The position numbers and the translations under genes were made by a program. This document shows, in pieces, positions 63,610 through 64,000 of a stretch of DNA of 64,000 nucleotides (its first letter is position 1; each line of letters opens with the position of its first letter). The notes under the pieces are model-generated. The model had not been told where the DNA came from. It worked only from the letters and a program-made list of their open reading frames with translations, and searched no databases. Source of the stretch: Takakia lepidozioides (lineage: Eukaryota; Plantae; Bryophyta); the NCBI GenBank assembly GCA_030704615.1, contig CM060734.1, positions 58,032,001 to 58,096,000 on the forward strand, written 5' to 3'.

Positions 63610-64000
<391 letters not shown>

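Overview
Eukaryotic nuclear DNA, most likely from a non-seed land plant (inferred from spliced plant genes, Tcn1-like chromoviruses and PLS-type PPR fragments). Bases 1-29.6 kb are a nest of transposons: two decayed minus-strand Tcn1/Tf1-like Gypsy elements, and a CACTA element inserted in one of their LTRs that carries PPR gene fragments and was later broken by a precise 5.6-kb inversion (24006-29602). Inside the CACTA sits the standout feature, a young 11.3-kb Gypsy element (8348-19608). Its polyprotein has a DNMT3-like C5 cytosine methyltransferase between protease and RT, and a PHD finger on the integrase. Its LTRs are split/permuted (A...B-GC-A-T-B) with a 4-bp TSD, as expected if a 2-LTR circle was integrated through a palindromic GACA-GC-TGTC site inside the LTR. 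Bases 33-51.5 kb hold three host genes: a class II trehalose-6-phosphate synthase, a TrmL/SpoU methyltransferase and TH1 (ThiD-ThiE). Bases 53.5-63 kb are a LINE interrupted by a one-ended CACTA transposase fragment. The window ends in the 5' part of a zinc alcohol dehydrogenase gene. All alignments and domain calls were made by eye.
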